Source: Felis catus
Taxonomy: Eukaryota
Assembly: GCF_018350175.1 (NCBI RefSeq)
Contig: NC_058368.1
Coordinates: forward strand, 41,542,001 to 41,606,000
Length of the DNA: 64,000 nucleotides
Direction: 5' to 3'
The notes below the pieces were generated by a model. The model searched no databases and was not told where the DNA came from. It worked only from the letters and a program-made list of their open reading frames with translations. Positions 39,799 to 52,475 of this stretch are shown here, in pieces. The first letter of the stretch is position 1. Each line of letters begins with the position of its first letter. A program made the translations under genes and the position numbers.

Positions 39799-42305
39799 AA
39801 GAAGAACTAACAATTATAAATGTCTATGCACTGAATACGGGAGCCCCCAAATATATAAAACAATTACTCACAAACATAAGCAACCACATTGATAAGAATG
39901 TGGTAATTGCAGGGGACTTTAATACTTACAACAATGGCTAGATCATCTAGACAATGGCTAGATCATCTATTGACATTTATTGTCAATAAAGAAACAAGGG
40001 CCCTGAATGATACATTGGATCAGATGGACTTGACAGATATATTTAGAACTCTTCATCCCAAAGCAACAGAATATACTTTCTTCTCAAGTGCACATGGAAC
40101 ATTCTCCAAGATAGATCACATACTGTGTCACAAAACAGTCCTTCATAAGTATACAAGAATTGAAATCATACCATGCATACTTTCAAACCACAATACTATG
40201 AAGCTTGAAATAAACCACAGGAAAAAGTCTGGAAAACCTCCAAAAGCATGGAGGTTAAAGAACACCCTACTAAAGAATGAGTGGGTCAACCAGACAATTA
40301 GAGAAGAAATTAAAAAAATATATGGAAACAAACGAAAATGAAAATATAACAATCCAAATGCTTTGGGATGCAGCGAAGGCAGTCCTGAGAGGAAAATACA
40401 TTGCAATCCAGGCCTATCTCAAGAAACAAGAAAAATCCCAAATACAAAATCTAACAGCACACCTAAAGGAAATAGAAGCAGAACAGCAAAGACAGCCTAA
40501 ACCCAGCAGAAGAAGAGAAATAATAAAGATCAGAGCAGAAATAAACAATATAGAATCTAAAAAGACTGTAGAGCAGATCAATGAAACCAAGAGTTGTTTG
40601 TTTTTTTTTGAAAAAATGAACAAAATTGATAAACCTCTAGCCAGGCTTCTCAAAAAGAAAAGGGAGATGACCCAAATAGATAAAATCATGAATGAAAATG
40701 CAATTATTACAACCAATCCCTCAGAGATACAAGCAATTATCAGGGAATACTATGAAAAATTATATGCCAACAAACTGGACAACCTGGAAGAAATGAACAA
40801 ATTCCTAAACACCCACAGCCTTCCAAAACTCAAATAGGAGGAAATAGAAAGCTTGAACAGACCCATAACCAGCGAAGAAATTGAATCAGTTACCAAAAAT
40901 CTCCCAACAAATAAGAGTCTAGGACCGGATGGCTTCCCTGGGGAATTCTACCAGACATTTAAAGCAGACATAATACCTATCCTTCTCAAGCTATTCCCAA
41001 AAAATAGAAAGGGAAGGACAACTTCCAGACTCATTCTATGAATCCAGTATTACTTTGATTCCTAAAGTAGACAGAGACCCAGTAAAAAAAAAAAGGAACT
41101 ACAGGCCAATATCTCTGATGAATATGGATGCAAAAATTCTCAAAAAGATACTAGCAAATCGAATTCAACAGCATATAAAAAGAATTATTCACCACGATCA
41201 TGTGGGATTCATTCCTGGGCTGTAGGGCTGGTTCAACATTTGCAAATCAATCCATGTGATACATCACATAAATAAAAGAAAGGATAAGAACCATATGATC
41301 CTGTCAATCGATGCAGAAAAAGCATTTGACAAAATTTAGCATTCTTTCTTAATAAAAACCCTCGAGAAAGTCGGGATAGAAGGAACATACTTAAACATCC
41401 TAAAAGCCATTTATGAAAAGCCCACAGCTAACATCATCCTCAATGGGGAAAAACTGAGAGCTTTCCCCCTGAGATCAGGAACATGACAGTGATTTCCACT
41501 CTCATCATTGTTTAACATAGTGTTGGAAGTCCTAGCATCAGCAATCAGACAACAAGAGGAAATCAAAGGCATCAAAATTGGCAAAGATGAAGTCAAGCTT
41601 TCACTTTTTGCAGATGACATGATATTATATATGGAGAACCCAATAGACTCCACCAAAAGTCTGCTACAGCTGATACATGAATTCAGCAAAGTCGCAGGAT
41701 ACAAAATCAATGTACAAAAATCAGTTGCATTCTTATACACTAATAATGGAGCAACAGAAAGACACATAAAGAAACTGATCCCATTCACAATTGCACCAAG
41801 AAGCATAAAATACCTAGGAATAAATCTAACCAAAGATGTACAAGATCTGTATGCTGAAAACTATAGAAACCTTATGAAGGAAATTGAAGAAGATATAAAG
41901 AAATGGAAAAACATTCTGTACTCATGGGTTGGAAGAATAAATATTGTTAAAATGTCAATACTACCCAAAGCTATCTACATATTCAATGCAATCCCAATCA
42001 AAATTGCACCAGCACTCTTCTTGAAGCTAGAACAAGCAATCCTAAAATTCATATGGAACCACAAAAGTCCCTGAATAGTCAAAGTAATTTTGAAGAAGAA
42101 GACCAAAGCAGGAGGCATCACAATCCCAGACTTTTGCCTCTACTACAAAGCTGTAATCATCAAGACAGCATGGTATTGGCAGAAAAACAGACACATAGAC
42201 CAATGGAATAGAATAGAAACCCCAGAACTAGACCCGCAAATGTATGGCCAACTCATCTTTGACAAAGCAGGAAAGAACATCCAATGGAAAAAAGACAGTC
42301 TCTTT

Positions 42306-42531
42306 TTTTAAAAAAAATTTTTTTTTCTCAACGTTTATTTATTTTTGGGACAGAGAGAGACAGAGCATGAACGGGGGAGGGGCAGAGAGAGAGGGAGACA
42401 CAGAATCGGAAACAGGCTCCAGGCTCTGAGCCATCAGCCCAGAGCCCGACGCGGGGCTCGAACTCACAGACCGCGAGATCATGACCTGGCTGAAGTTGGA
42501 CGCTTAACCGACTGTGCCACCCAGGCGCCCC
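42306..42531 (-). mobile_element. Young felid CanSINE inserted in L1 ORF2
   Basis: Perfect 14-bp TSD aagacagtctcttt at 42292-42305 and 42532-42545. Confidence 0.97.
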
Positions 42532-43827
42532 AAGACAGTCTCTTTAACAAATGGTGCTGGGGGAACTGGACAGCTACATGCAGAAGAGTGAAACTAGACT
42601 ACTTTCTCACACCATTCACAAAAATAAACTCAAAACAGATAAAGGACCTGAATGTGAGACAGGAAACCATCAAAACCCTAGAGGAGAAAGCAGGAAAAGA
42701 CCTCTCTGACCTCAGTCGTAGCAATTTCTTACTTGACACATCCCCAAAGTTAAGGGAATTAAAAGCAAAAATGAACTATTGGGACCTCATGAAGATAAAA
42801 AGCTTCTGCACAGCAAAGGAAGCAATCAACAAAACTAAAAGGCAACCAACAGAATGGGAAAAGATATTTGCAAATGACATATCGGACAAAGGGCTAGTAT
42901 CCAAAAATCTATAAAGAGCTCACCAAACTCCAGACCCAAAAAACAAATAATCCAGTGAAGAAATGGGCAGAAAACATGAATAGACACTTCTCGAAAGACA
43001 TCCAGGTGGCCAACAGACACATGAAAAGATGTTCAATATGACTCCTCATCAGGGAAATACAAATCAAAACCACACTCAGATATCACCTCACGCCAGTCAG
43101 AGTGGCCAAAATGAACAAATCAGGAGACTATAGATGCTGGAGAGGATGTGGAGAAACGGGAACCCTCTTGCACTGTTGGGAATGCAAACTGGTGCAGCCA
43201 CTCTGGAAAACAGTGTGGAAGTTCCTCAAAAAATTAAAAATAGATCTACCCTACGACCCAGCAATAGCACTGCTAAGAATTTACCCAAGGGATAAAGGAG
43301 TGCTGATGCATAGGGGCATTTGTACCCCAATGTTTATAGCAGCACTCTCAACAATAGCCAAATTATGGAAAGAGCCTAAATGTCCATCAACTGATGAATG
43401 GATAAAGAAATTGTGGTTTATATACACAATAGAGTACTATGTGGCAATGAGAAAGAAAGAAATATGGCCCTTTGTAGCAACATGGACGGAACTGGAGAGT
43501 GTGATGCTAAGTGAAATAAGCCATACAGAGAAAGACAGATACCATATGGTTTCACTCTTATGTGGATCCTGAGAAACTTAACAGGAACCCATGGGGGAGG
43601 TGAAGGGAAAATAAAAGAGGTTAGAGTGGGAGAGAGCCAAAGCATAAGAGACTCTTAAAAACTAAGAACAAACTGAGGGTTGATGGGGGGGGTGGGAGGG
43701 AGGGGGGGTGGGGGATGGGCATTGAGGAGGGCATCTTTTGGGATGAGCAGTGGGTGTTGTATGGAAACCAATTTGACAATAAATTTCATATATTAAAAAA
43801 AAAGAAAAAAAAGAAAATAATAGTTTT

Positions 43828-43854
43828 AGATAGATAGATAGATAGATAGATAGA
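43828..43854. repeat. (AGAT)n microsatellite
   Basis: Directly follows the L1 3' TSD. Confidence 0.93.
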
Positions 43855-43979
43855 AATGGAGAAATTAGATTGATGACTGAAAATACATATTATATGTTTA
43901 TGGAGATATGCATATATTATCATTACCTCATTTTACTGTATAGCAAATAAGGATTCTATCCTGATACCTACCAGTGTTA

Positions 43980-44620
43980 ATACTCTATATAGAACTCCCC
44001 ACTCCTTAAGTATGGGATGCACAGTGGCTTGTTTCCAAATAATACACTTTGGAAAGAGGGAAAAAAAAAAGAATAACTTCACAGTGGAGAGATCTGTCAA
44101 ATACTACCTCAGTCAGGTAATCATGATTAACATCAATGAGTCATGTTGATTTATGTACCCTTGGTACGATGCAATCAGAACCGAAGTTATCTCTGTAGTC
44201 TTCCAGTCAAAAACCCATAACCCCAGTCCAATTATAAGAAACAAATCAGACAAATCCCAATTGAGGGACATTCTACAAATACGTGAGCAGTTCTCAAAAC
44301 TGTCAAGGTCATCAAAAACAAGGGACTCTGAGAGATTTTATGGCCAAAATGAGCCTAAGGAGACATGATGTCTAATTGCAATGTGGTATCCTATACAAGA
44401 TTTTAGATTAGAAAAAAGATATTAGGTAAAAACTAAAAAGTATGAAAAAAAGGATGAGCTCTAGTTAATAATAATGTATCAATACCACCTCATTAATTAT
44501 GACACTATACTAATGTAAGATGTTAATGATATGGGAAATTAGGTGTGAGTATAAGGAAACTCTGTCCTATATTCACACTTTTATGTAGTTCAAAAAGTAT
44601 TCTAAAATTAAAAAAAAATG
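43980..44620 (+). mobile_element. Old L1MC/MD-type 3' UTR fragment
   Basis: aacttcacagtggaga..aaaacccataaccccagtc..cagacaaatcccaattgagggacattctacaaa..tcaaaactgtcaaggtcatcaaaaacaagg..ctagttaataataatgtatcaata. Confidence 0.85.
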
Positions 44621-45557
44621 TTTCAAAAAATATACTATATTTTGGGTCCTTGAGCTGGCTTGGGCTACATGTTTTCTACCTTTGAGCCTAAACTAAGGCC
44701 TAAACAAGAAGCAGGCCGAGTGAGCACCTTGGGCCATTTTTCCTACCACTGAGCTCTCCCATCCATCAGGCTCTTAAATATAGGTAGAGAAAAAAGTCAC
44801 CCCCCCACCAAAAAAAATAATGATAATAAATAAAAGAAAAGCCTTCTCCCAGGCTCTGAATCCAACTCTCAACCTGGTGGGCTTATCAAGAGCAGCAGAA
44901 CCGTGGCAGGGTAAGGGGCCTAGGTGTGAAAACTTCTGAGGACAGACATCAACACTAAGAGAATTCTTGCCTAGTCTGTTTCTGTTTACAGTCCCTCCAT
45001 TCCTTTCCTTGTGGTATCTTCCATCTACCAAAGAATCATCAGTGTCTTTCATCCACATCACAACTACTCTCTCTGTGGGTTGATAAAGGAAACACTAAAA
45101 CATCAGCATAGCATTTATTGTGTGCCACTAAAACAACAAATAAATCTTATATAGCATAGATACTAAAAACAGTAAATTTTAAAGACCCAATAGAGTATGG
45201 TCATGAATTTAGGACATATTAGTTACATATCACATGATCTTTAGCAATAGCTCTTATTTTTAATTTTAAGGAAAATTATAATGCAAGCCACAGGAGATAT
45301 ATTTGTTCTTTGTTTATAACTTCATTACTCTCACATGTTGACATTTCATGCAAGAATGACCGCATTATACTAGTTTGTATTTAGAAGGTATATTTTGTGA
45401 CAATACAACATGTGTTTTGTTATATTACTTACTACAAATTAATGCCTCTTGTTAATTTTTTCTCTCATGTTAGTCCACATTCATCTTCATTTTGCACTTT
45501 GGTCTAGTCTCTCTATTGTTTTTACATTGCCAAGACTTTACATACGAATTTATGGAT

Positions 45558-46165
45558 ATATAGTTATCTGCTACTGTGTAACAAATTTACCACAAACTTG
45601 GAAGCTTAAAACAACACACATTGATTCTGTCATAGTTTGTGTGGGTCAGAAATCCAGGCATAGCTTAGCTGAACCCTCCACTTATTAGGCTTTTATAAAG
45701 CTGTAATCCAGGTGTTTAACACACTGTGGTCTCACTGGTAGTCTGATTGGGGAAGACATTACTTCCAGATTCTTCCATCTTTCCTTCAGATTGTTGGTAG
45801 TGTTTATTTTCTTGAGGTTACATAGCTGAGGGCTTGGATTCTTGATGGCTGTTGCATTGGAGGGTGTCCTCAGCTCTGAGGAGATGCCTAGAGCTCCTAG
45901 AGGCTGCCCACATATCTTATCCATGTGATTTTTCCTAATATAGCTACTCTCTTCAATAAGCCAGCAAAGGGAGTGTCCAAAGCAAGTCAGCTAACAAGAG
46001 GGATTCTTCCATTGGTGACATAACATGCCATCAGCTTTTATACATGCAAGTGTCTAGAAGCAAATCACAGCTCCCTCCCACATTCAAAGACACAAAGTTA
46101 CACATAAGTATGAATATTTTGAAAATGGGGAACATGATCGGTCACCTTAAAGTCTATCCATTACA
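45558..46165. mobile_element. MLT1-type MaLR solo LTR
   Basis: tgtgtaacaaatttaccacaaactt..gcttaaaacaacac..gtgggtcagaaatccaggcatagcttagctg..agaagcaaatcacag..tctatccattaca. Confidence 0.8.
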
Positions 46166-46895
46166 AAGACACAGTTGATTCAACATAGTTCAAAGGTTTG
46201 ACACTGTAGCACCTTTAAAAATATGCCAGAAAGATGTATTTTTATGCAAATTGTCAGTATATTAGCGACCATCAGATGAATATCACAAATTCAAAGTTCA
46301 GGACATGTTTTATATAATGGTGCTTTTTATGTAAAAACAGCTGACTTTATTTATTTACCTATTTATTTATTTATTTATATGCTCATTAATTCGCAAAGTA
46401 TCTTTACTTAGAAGGTCATCCATGAAAATATAAGTAGTTTTTTTATGAAGAAGGCAATTTTTATTTTATTCTATTTATATATTGGAGCCCTAAGACCAAT
46501 AGCTTAGCTTAAAAATTTAAAAGATCCACATGTAGCATTACAAACAGCAACAAAATCTAAACAATATAACAAAATATTAAGGCTGAGAGCCATCCTTATT
46601 CTTTATGAAATTATTAGTGATGATGTATAGAATAGAAACTTCTAGCTGAAGAGCTAGTAAAAGCAGGTATTAAAAAGATAGCATGTATTAAACACTCTGG
46701 AAGTTAATAATATTGGAAACTTCCCCATTCTTTTGTGTTGGTCCACCAGAAAAATGAAGAAAAGAAAGGTGCAAAACAGTACAGAGATGTTAGCAATTAG
46801 GGAAATTTACTGGCAGAACTCAGAGACAAATATAATGATCTCCATTGCATCAACACGAAATTTTGATATCTTTTTATATATGTTAAGATATACTT

Positions 46896-47114
46896 CTTTT
46901 TTAGTTTATTTATTTATTTTGAGAGAGAGAGAATGCACACAAGCAGGGGAGGGGCAGAGAAAGAAGGAGAGAGAGAGAGAATCCCAGGCAGGCTCTGAGC
47001 CATCAGTGCAGAGCGCAGTGAGGGGCTTGAACTCAGGAACCCTGTGCTCATGACCTAAGCTTGAGCCAAAACCAAGAGTTGGATGCTTAACTGACTGAGC
47101 CACCCAAGCGCTCC
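46896..47114 (-). mobile_element. CanSINE
   Basis: gtttatttatttattttgagagaga..tgcttaactgactgagccacccaagcgctcc. Confidence 0.95.
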
Positions 47115-49977
47115 AACATCTCCTCTTTTTAAAGACCTTTTTGAGGTCTACGTTGATCACAAAAACCAATCTTGCTCACTTTGACTTGTCACTGTTGAAA
47201 CAATGTAAAACTGAAAAAGAAATAGAACAATGTTTATGAGCTTACAATTTTTGAGGCGAGTGACTTTTAAGAGTCTTCAGAAGTGACAGCAATATTACAA
47301 CCATATTTTGAAAATCTTTTAAATGAGCTGTTTGCAATGTTCTCATGAATGCCCTCTTCCAAGCTCAACCATTTCTGTTTTGTTTCTGCCCATGCATTTC
47401 AATGTTGCCCTAGAGGCTAAGGGTATCAGTCATAAGCACTAGAATCAGACTGCAGCCAGAGTAGATACAGATGTACAAATCCATCTCTCTCCACTTGAAC
47501 AGTCTGGTAAATTCTGCATGCAGCTGCTGGCTCTGAATGGTGTTTAATTCTTCTATAAAATATATTCTGAGAGTATTAAGTATATATTATTTTTCTATCT
47601 ACTGTCCTTTATTTCTCTATTCCATCATTTGGATGTACAATTTAGATATGATGAATTCTGATGATTACTTCAAATCCCTATCAAGTGAGTGTCTCCATCA
47701 ATATCGTGGTCCCAGGCCATTTTTGTCTATTCTTTGATTATACGAAGAACATATTATGAAGCAAAGCAAGAAAACAAACAATATATCTTTAATTTTAAAA
47801 TGAAGCTATTGGTCAGGTTTCTTTCAGAGTGTTCAACAAATAGCTTTAAAATAAACTGGGAGTAATAAGGAGAATAAAGACACAAGGTAGAATAGATCTA
47901 GGGTAGAAAGTTTCAACTTGAAAAGAAAGATAAGAAAAATATGGAATGATATGGGTGACAATTTCCTTACTTTTCCTCACTGGAAGGTTTAGTTGCTTTC
48001 CACTGAATGTCTCTCTTCACCCTTCTGTACACTCTTAACTATTTCAGAGGATTGAATCTAGTGGTTGTAAATGAGCATATCCAGCAGACTCAGTTTTTAA
48101 CAGAAAACTAAAATTGGGCAATTTTCCCACTCACGTCCACCCACCAGTGTTAAGTGAATATATCAGCAAAGTAAATCATGTGTAAACTCCCCCTTGCTGT
48201 AAATGAACATCTTCTAGAAATATGTTGCCAAAGGCAGTTCAGTTTTATCCTTTAAAAGAGAAACCTATTCAACTCATGAATGTAGACATCAATTCTTGCT
48301 CATATCAGAATGCAGACCATTACCTCTGAAGAAGCTTGGAGCCAGTGCCCCTCTCAGAAAATGAAAACAGTGACAGTTTTTCTAGTAAGAAACCGGTTAC
48401 ACAATACAGATTCATTCACAGTATATGGTTCTGGCATGTGCCATCTGTAGCACACAAGCAAATTTCCCTAATTACTGATATCTCTCTATGAAGGCCCGTG
48501 TTCTCTGTGTGTGTGTTGCACTTTCCTTTTCATCAGCTCCCTTGTGGACTAAAAGCAACATTTCTGCCAGGTGAGCTTAACAGATGCCATTTTCTGACCT
48601 AGCCAGCAAAAGGTCTGTTGCTTTGTTTTTTGCTGGAAATATTTCTTGTCGGATTGTACAAGGTGTATGCTTTTCAAACTGAGCCACCAGCTTGTAGACC
48701 ATGTTCCAGTTTATAATTCTTATCAAAATTAAAAAAATTTATCCCCAGTACACTTACGGCACACCAGTCAAAGCTTACAATGCATGCCAAAACTCTAATC
48801 CATCAAGTCAGTGATGAGTGAGGAACATGATGGGGACAGGTGCAGAGAAATCAGAGCAAGTAGCACTCAGTCCAAGTAAGCATGCAGAATCCAAGATCTA
48901 AATATACAAATCCAAGGTCAAGTTCAGCTAGTATGCTGAAGAAAGCAGAGTAGATGCATGTGGAGGATACTCAACATTTTTCTATGCCATAGTCATTTCC
49001 GGAAAGTTTCTGTGAAAATTCTAGACTCTGCTCTAGTGTTTATGTCTCTTTTTTAAAGGTCCTACCATCTGGGACCACTGTTTCTGTCATATAGACTCTT
49101 TTCCAGTACCTACTTTCCTAAACTGTTCTCTTTGACATCTAGGTATCTTCTTACCGACATCTCTTTCCTGTACTTAGATCTACATTGATTTCCTTCATTT
49201 CTACATTACTGTTGTGCCTATAATCTTTATCTTATGAGGTTAAACTTTACTCAGTCATTCCACAAATATTTATAAATTTTCCATCATATCCCAGTTTTCT
49301 TTGACTTGCATTTGTTTTTGTCTTTTCTTCCTTTCTACCTAGATATAAGGACCTCAAGAATAGGTATTTGGTGATATAAACTTGTTTTTTATAAACCCTA
49401 TATCTTTTAGCATAGTACAGGATACAAAGTGAGAATTTCGTAAGAACCTTTTAATAAAAAGAAAAAAGATAAGCAGATAAAATCCAGATATATATTATAA
49501 TTTAAATCAAATTTAAGTACATTGGTTTTGTATATTGGAAATATACAGATACAATTATCAACAAATTTCTCAGGGAAAATTGCAAGTTAGATCCAGAACC
49601 AAGCAAGGCTCTAGCATTTGATATGCTGAGGAAGAAGGCAGAATTAGAGTGAGAGTAGAATTGTCAGAATTGTAACTGATTGGACACGAGATAAAGTAAG
49701 AGAAGGTTTTATAGGATGACTTCTAAGTTTAGGGATAAATGATACAAAGTATCACTAATCAAAATTTTTTGTGTGTTATGCTCTTTCTTCCAGAGTAAAC
49801 TTTCTTTCAGCATTGATAGCTGAACCACATTCCTGTCAACTTCACTATCCAAGATAGATAAAACATTTCATTCAGCATTTATTCAGCAACTATTTATTGA
49901 GTGAATAATCAGACACCAAACAGGCACAAAGATGCATAAGACCTAGCTGATGATTTAATCAAGACAAATGTTATTTA

Positions 49978-50105
49978 TCCATTTATGTATGTATGTATGT
50001 ATTTTTATTTATTTTGAAAGAGAGAGCGTGCGAGCGTGCAAGCACATGCACGAGCAGGGGAGGGGCAGAGACAGAGGGAGAGAGAATCTCAAGCAGGCTC
50101 CAGTG
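49978..50105 (-). mobile_element. 5'-truncated CanSINE inside an L2 relic
   Basis: Only the tail and CT-rich body are present, ending gaatctcaagcaggctcc. TSD aagacaaatgttattta (49961-49977) / aagacagatggtactta (50106-50122). Confidence 0.85.
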
Positions 50106-50552
50106 AAGACAGATGGTACTTAGACCAGGGAAACTGACACATCGTCTGCATACACAGAGTGCTATGGAAACGGATATAATCTGGCCTTGGAATGCAGAGA
50201 AAGGTTTTACGAAAGAAATGTCATTTGAATTCAGTATAGAAAATAGTAGTATTGGGTTGAGTAGCAGACATTCTAGCTAAAAGAAACTGCCTATGCAAGC
50301 CCATAGAGACCGAAGGAGCATGTTTTAGGAAAACTCCCAGGTCCCTGCCTTCCTTAACTCTTTCATTCTTCTGTAAGCAATGGCAATGCTCAACTGGGTC
50401 TTACAACCTAGTGTGCTCTCTACAAGAAAAACTAAGGAATACTGGCTTTATTCCCCTAGAGGAAAATATAAATTTACTATTTATGTTTAAACCTAATTTA
50501 CATATGGCTGGAATAAATCACTGGAAATTGTTGTTAAAAAGATATATTTTCT

Positions 50553-50764
50553 GGGGCGCCTGGGTGGCTCAGTTGGTTAAGTGTCTGACTTCGGCCCAGG
50601 TCATGATCTAACGGTTCGTGGGTTCAAGCCCTGTGTCAGGCTCTGGGCTGACAGCTCAGAGCCTGGAGCCTATTTCAGATTCTGTATCTTCCTCTCTCTC
50701 TGTCCCTTTACCACTCATGATCTGTCTCTCTCTCAAACATAAATAAAGATTAAAAAATTTTTTT
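50553..50764 (+). mobile_element. CanSINE
   Basis: Perfect TSD aaagatatattttct at 50538-50552 and 50765-50779. Confidence 0.96.
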
Positions 50765-52263
50765 AAAGATATATTTTCTGAAGATAGCACAATAGTAAGC
50801 ACATGATAACAATGGAGGTGATTCCAAAGAAATGAAGACAAGCAGAGCTCATGGTAGTTTTTTTGTTTGTTCATGTGTTTTAAATCAACTCAAGATATTT
50901 AAACTCTGAAGGTCAAAAAAGATAAGCCTTGATTTGAGCTTACGTTTTGGCTTCATTTCTCTATTTTACACTGTGTTTATACATAAAATTGTAATAATGA
51001 CATAGAAATTTCACTTTTTCAAAGTCCTTTGAGAAACTCTGCTATAAACCAGGTCAGAGCAGTTGGACAAAGATTATTTAGAGTTAAAAAAATATATAGT
51101 TCATTACTCCCCAAGGGTGGTATTTTAATACTTTTTTCCCATATGTGATAGTCCCATATAATCATGGTGACATTCTAATAGTGAAACATGTGTTTTGCAT
51201 GTTTCCTTCAAAACTATGGTTTACATGGACAATGATGACATTGATACATAAGACAAATCAAGATCTCTATTTCACTGATACATTGCATTATATTTTTGCA
51301 GATTTTGTTTAAAATAAAAAATATTTTCTAAGGCCAAATTTTAACTTCTTGCTAGGTTCAATTTAACATTCTTCTGTGTGAAATGAAGTTGGGGAAGTGA
51401 CTATCTTAAACTTAAACTGCAGTGCCTTGAATTCTTCAAATTGTGAGAGGAGTCTTAAAATAAAAAGAGAAGGATAATCACATTGCCTTCCTGTTTCCAT
51501 AGAGTACAGAACTCTTTCTATTCATAGGGAAGTTGTAACAGCATAATCTTTGTGCCTGCATGTTGAATTGCATGATAACCAATTGAGAAAGAATTGGGAA
51601 ATCTGAAAATTAAACAATCAAAGATTTCACTTTTTTTCTTCTCTCCAAAGGGTGGAATGTACAGAAAATTGTCTTAAGTTTGGTGATTTCCTTTCCTTTT
51701 ACATTTTCTCCATGACAGCTTTCTAGTCTTCTTGCAATAGGACTTTCAGAGTGATTTTACGTGAACAAGTAAAATCCTATGCATGCAGGAAGAACCAAGC
51801 AGAATACCAGCACTCGACTTCACGTCTCCCACCAGACTCTTTGCTTATTATCCACCTTGGTTTCAATGACGTACCAGCCAAGCAGGGAGGGGAAAGGTTG
51901 GACCCCCAGTGTCATTGATCCCAGTGAGTACAATGTGGCAACGTCTGTCTAACCTGCTACTGCAAGAATGGGTTATCTGGCAACAATCCCTGCTGGAGCA
52001 CCACTGAGCAACTAGAATCAATACAGCTGTCAGACAGGATTGAGACAAGTTGTTTCTCATGCACATTCCCTGTGTTCACATGGTTGGTTGTGTCTACTTG
52101 GGTCTGTCTATCTATCATTTTTCACCACACTCGAACAGTCTTTTCAAAAATTAGTTACATGACAGCCATCAAAACAGTCACTGGCAAATTAAACCACATA
52201 TTTTGTATGTGGATAATATTGATAAGCATGGCGATTGTGAATTTTATTTAACCATGATTTCCA

Positions 52264-52475
52264 GGGGTGCCCGGGTGGCTCAGTCGGTTAAGTGTCTGAT
52301 CTCACGGTTTGTGGGTTAGAGCCCCACATCGGGCTCTGCGCTGACAGCTCGGAGCCTGGGGCTTGCTTTGGATTCTGTGTCTCCCCTTCTCTCAGCCCCT
52401 CCCCTGCTCGCACACTCTCTCTTTCTCTCAAAAATAAAATAAAATAAAATAAAGTAAGATAAAATAAAACATAAA
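52264..52475 (+). mobile_element. CanSINE with a small internal deletion and a (TAAAA)n tail
   Basis: TSD ttaaccat(g/c)atttcca at 52248-52263 and 52476-52491. gtgtctga|tctcacgg lacks the usual cttcggctcaggtcatga. Confidence 0.95.

Larger units (their letters stand above)
39257..43572 (+). pseudogene. L1 ORF2 (endonuclease/reverse transcriptase), disrupted
   Basis: MTLSSYLSVITLNVNGLN, CCLQETH, FADD at 41607-41618, [14 protein letters not shown]. Premature stops (e.g. 40835-40837, 42072-42074), frameshifts and two SINE insertions. Confidence 0.96.
37391..43811 (+). mobile_element. Full-length felid LINE-1, inactivated, with two nested SINEs
   Basis: GC-rich 5' UTR of about 920 bp, ORF1, ORF2, 3' UTR with G tract, aataaa and poly(A). 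Perfect 16-bp TSD agaaaataatagtttt at 37375-37390 and 43812-43827, preceded by TT (TT|AGAA endonuclease site). Confidence 0.98.

Noticed and set aside
42345..42914. 189-aa ORF fusing antisense SINE to L1 ORF2, and the 39203-39793 endonuclease-SINE fusion ORF
   Set aside because: Chance in-frame read-through in a dead L1. The 42345 start is a non-ATG codon and there is no evidence of expression.
38303..43645. Minus-strand ORFs overlapping L1 ORF1 and ORF2
   Set aside because: Antisense shadows of L1 coding sequence.
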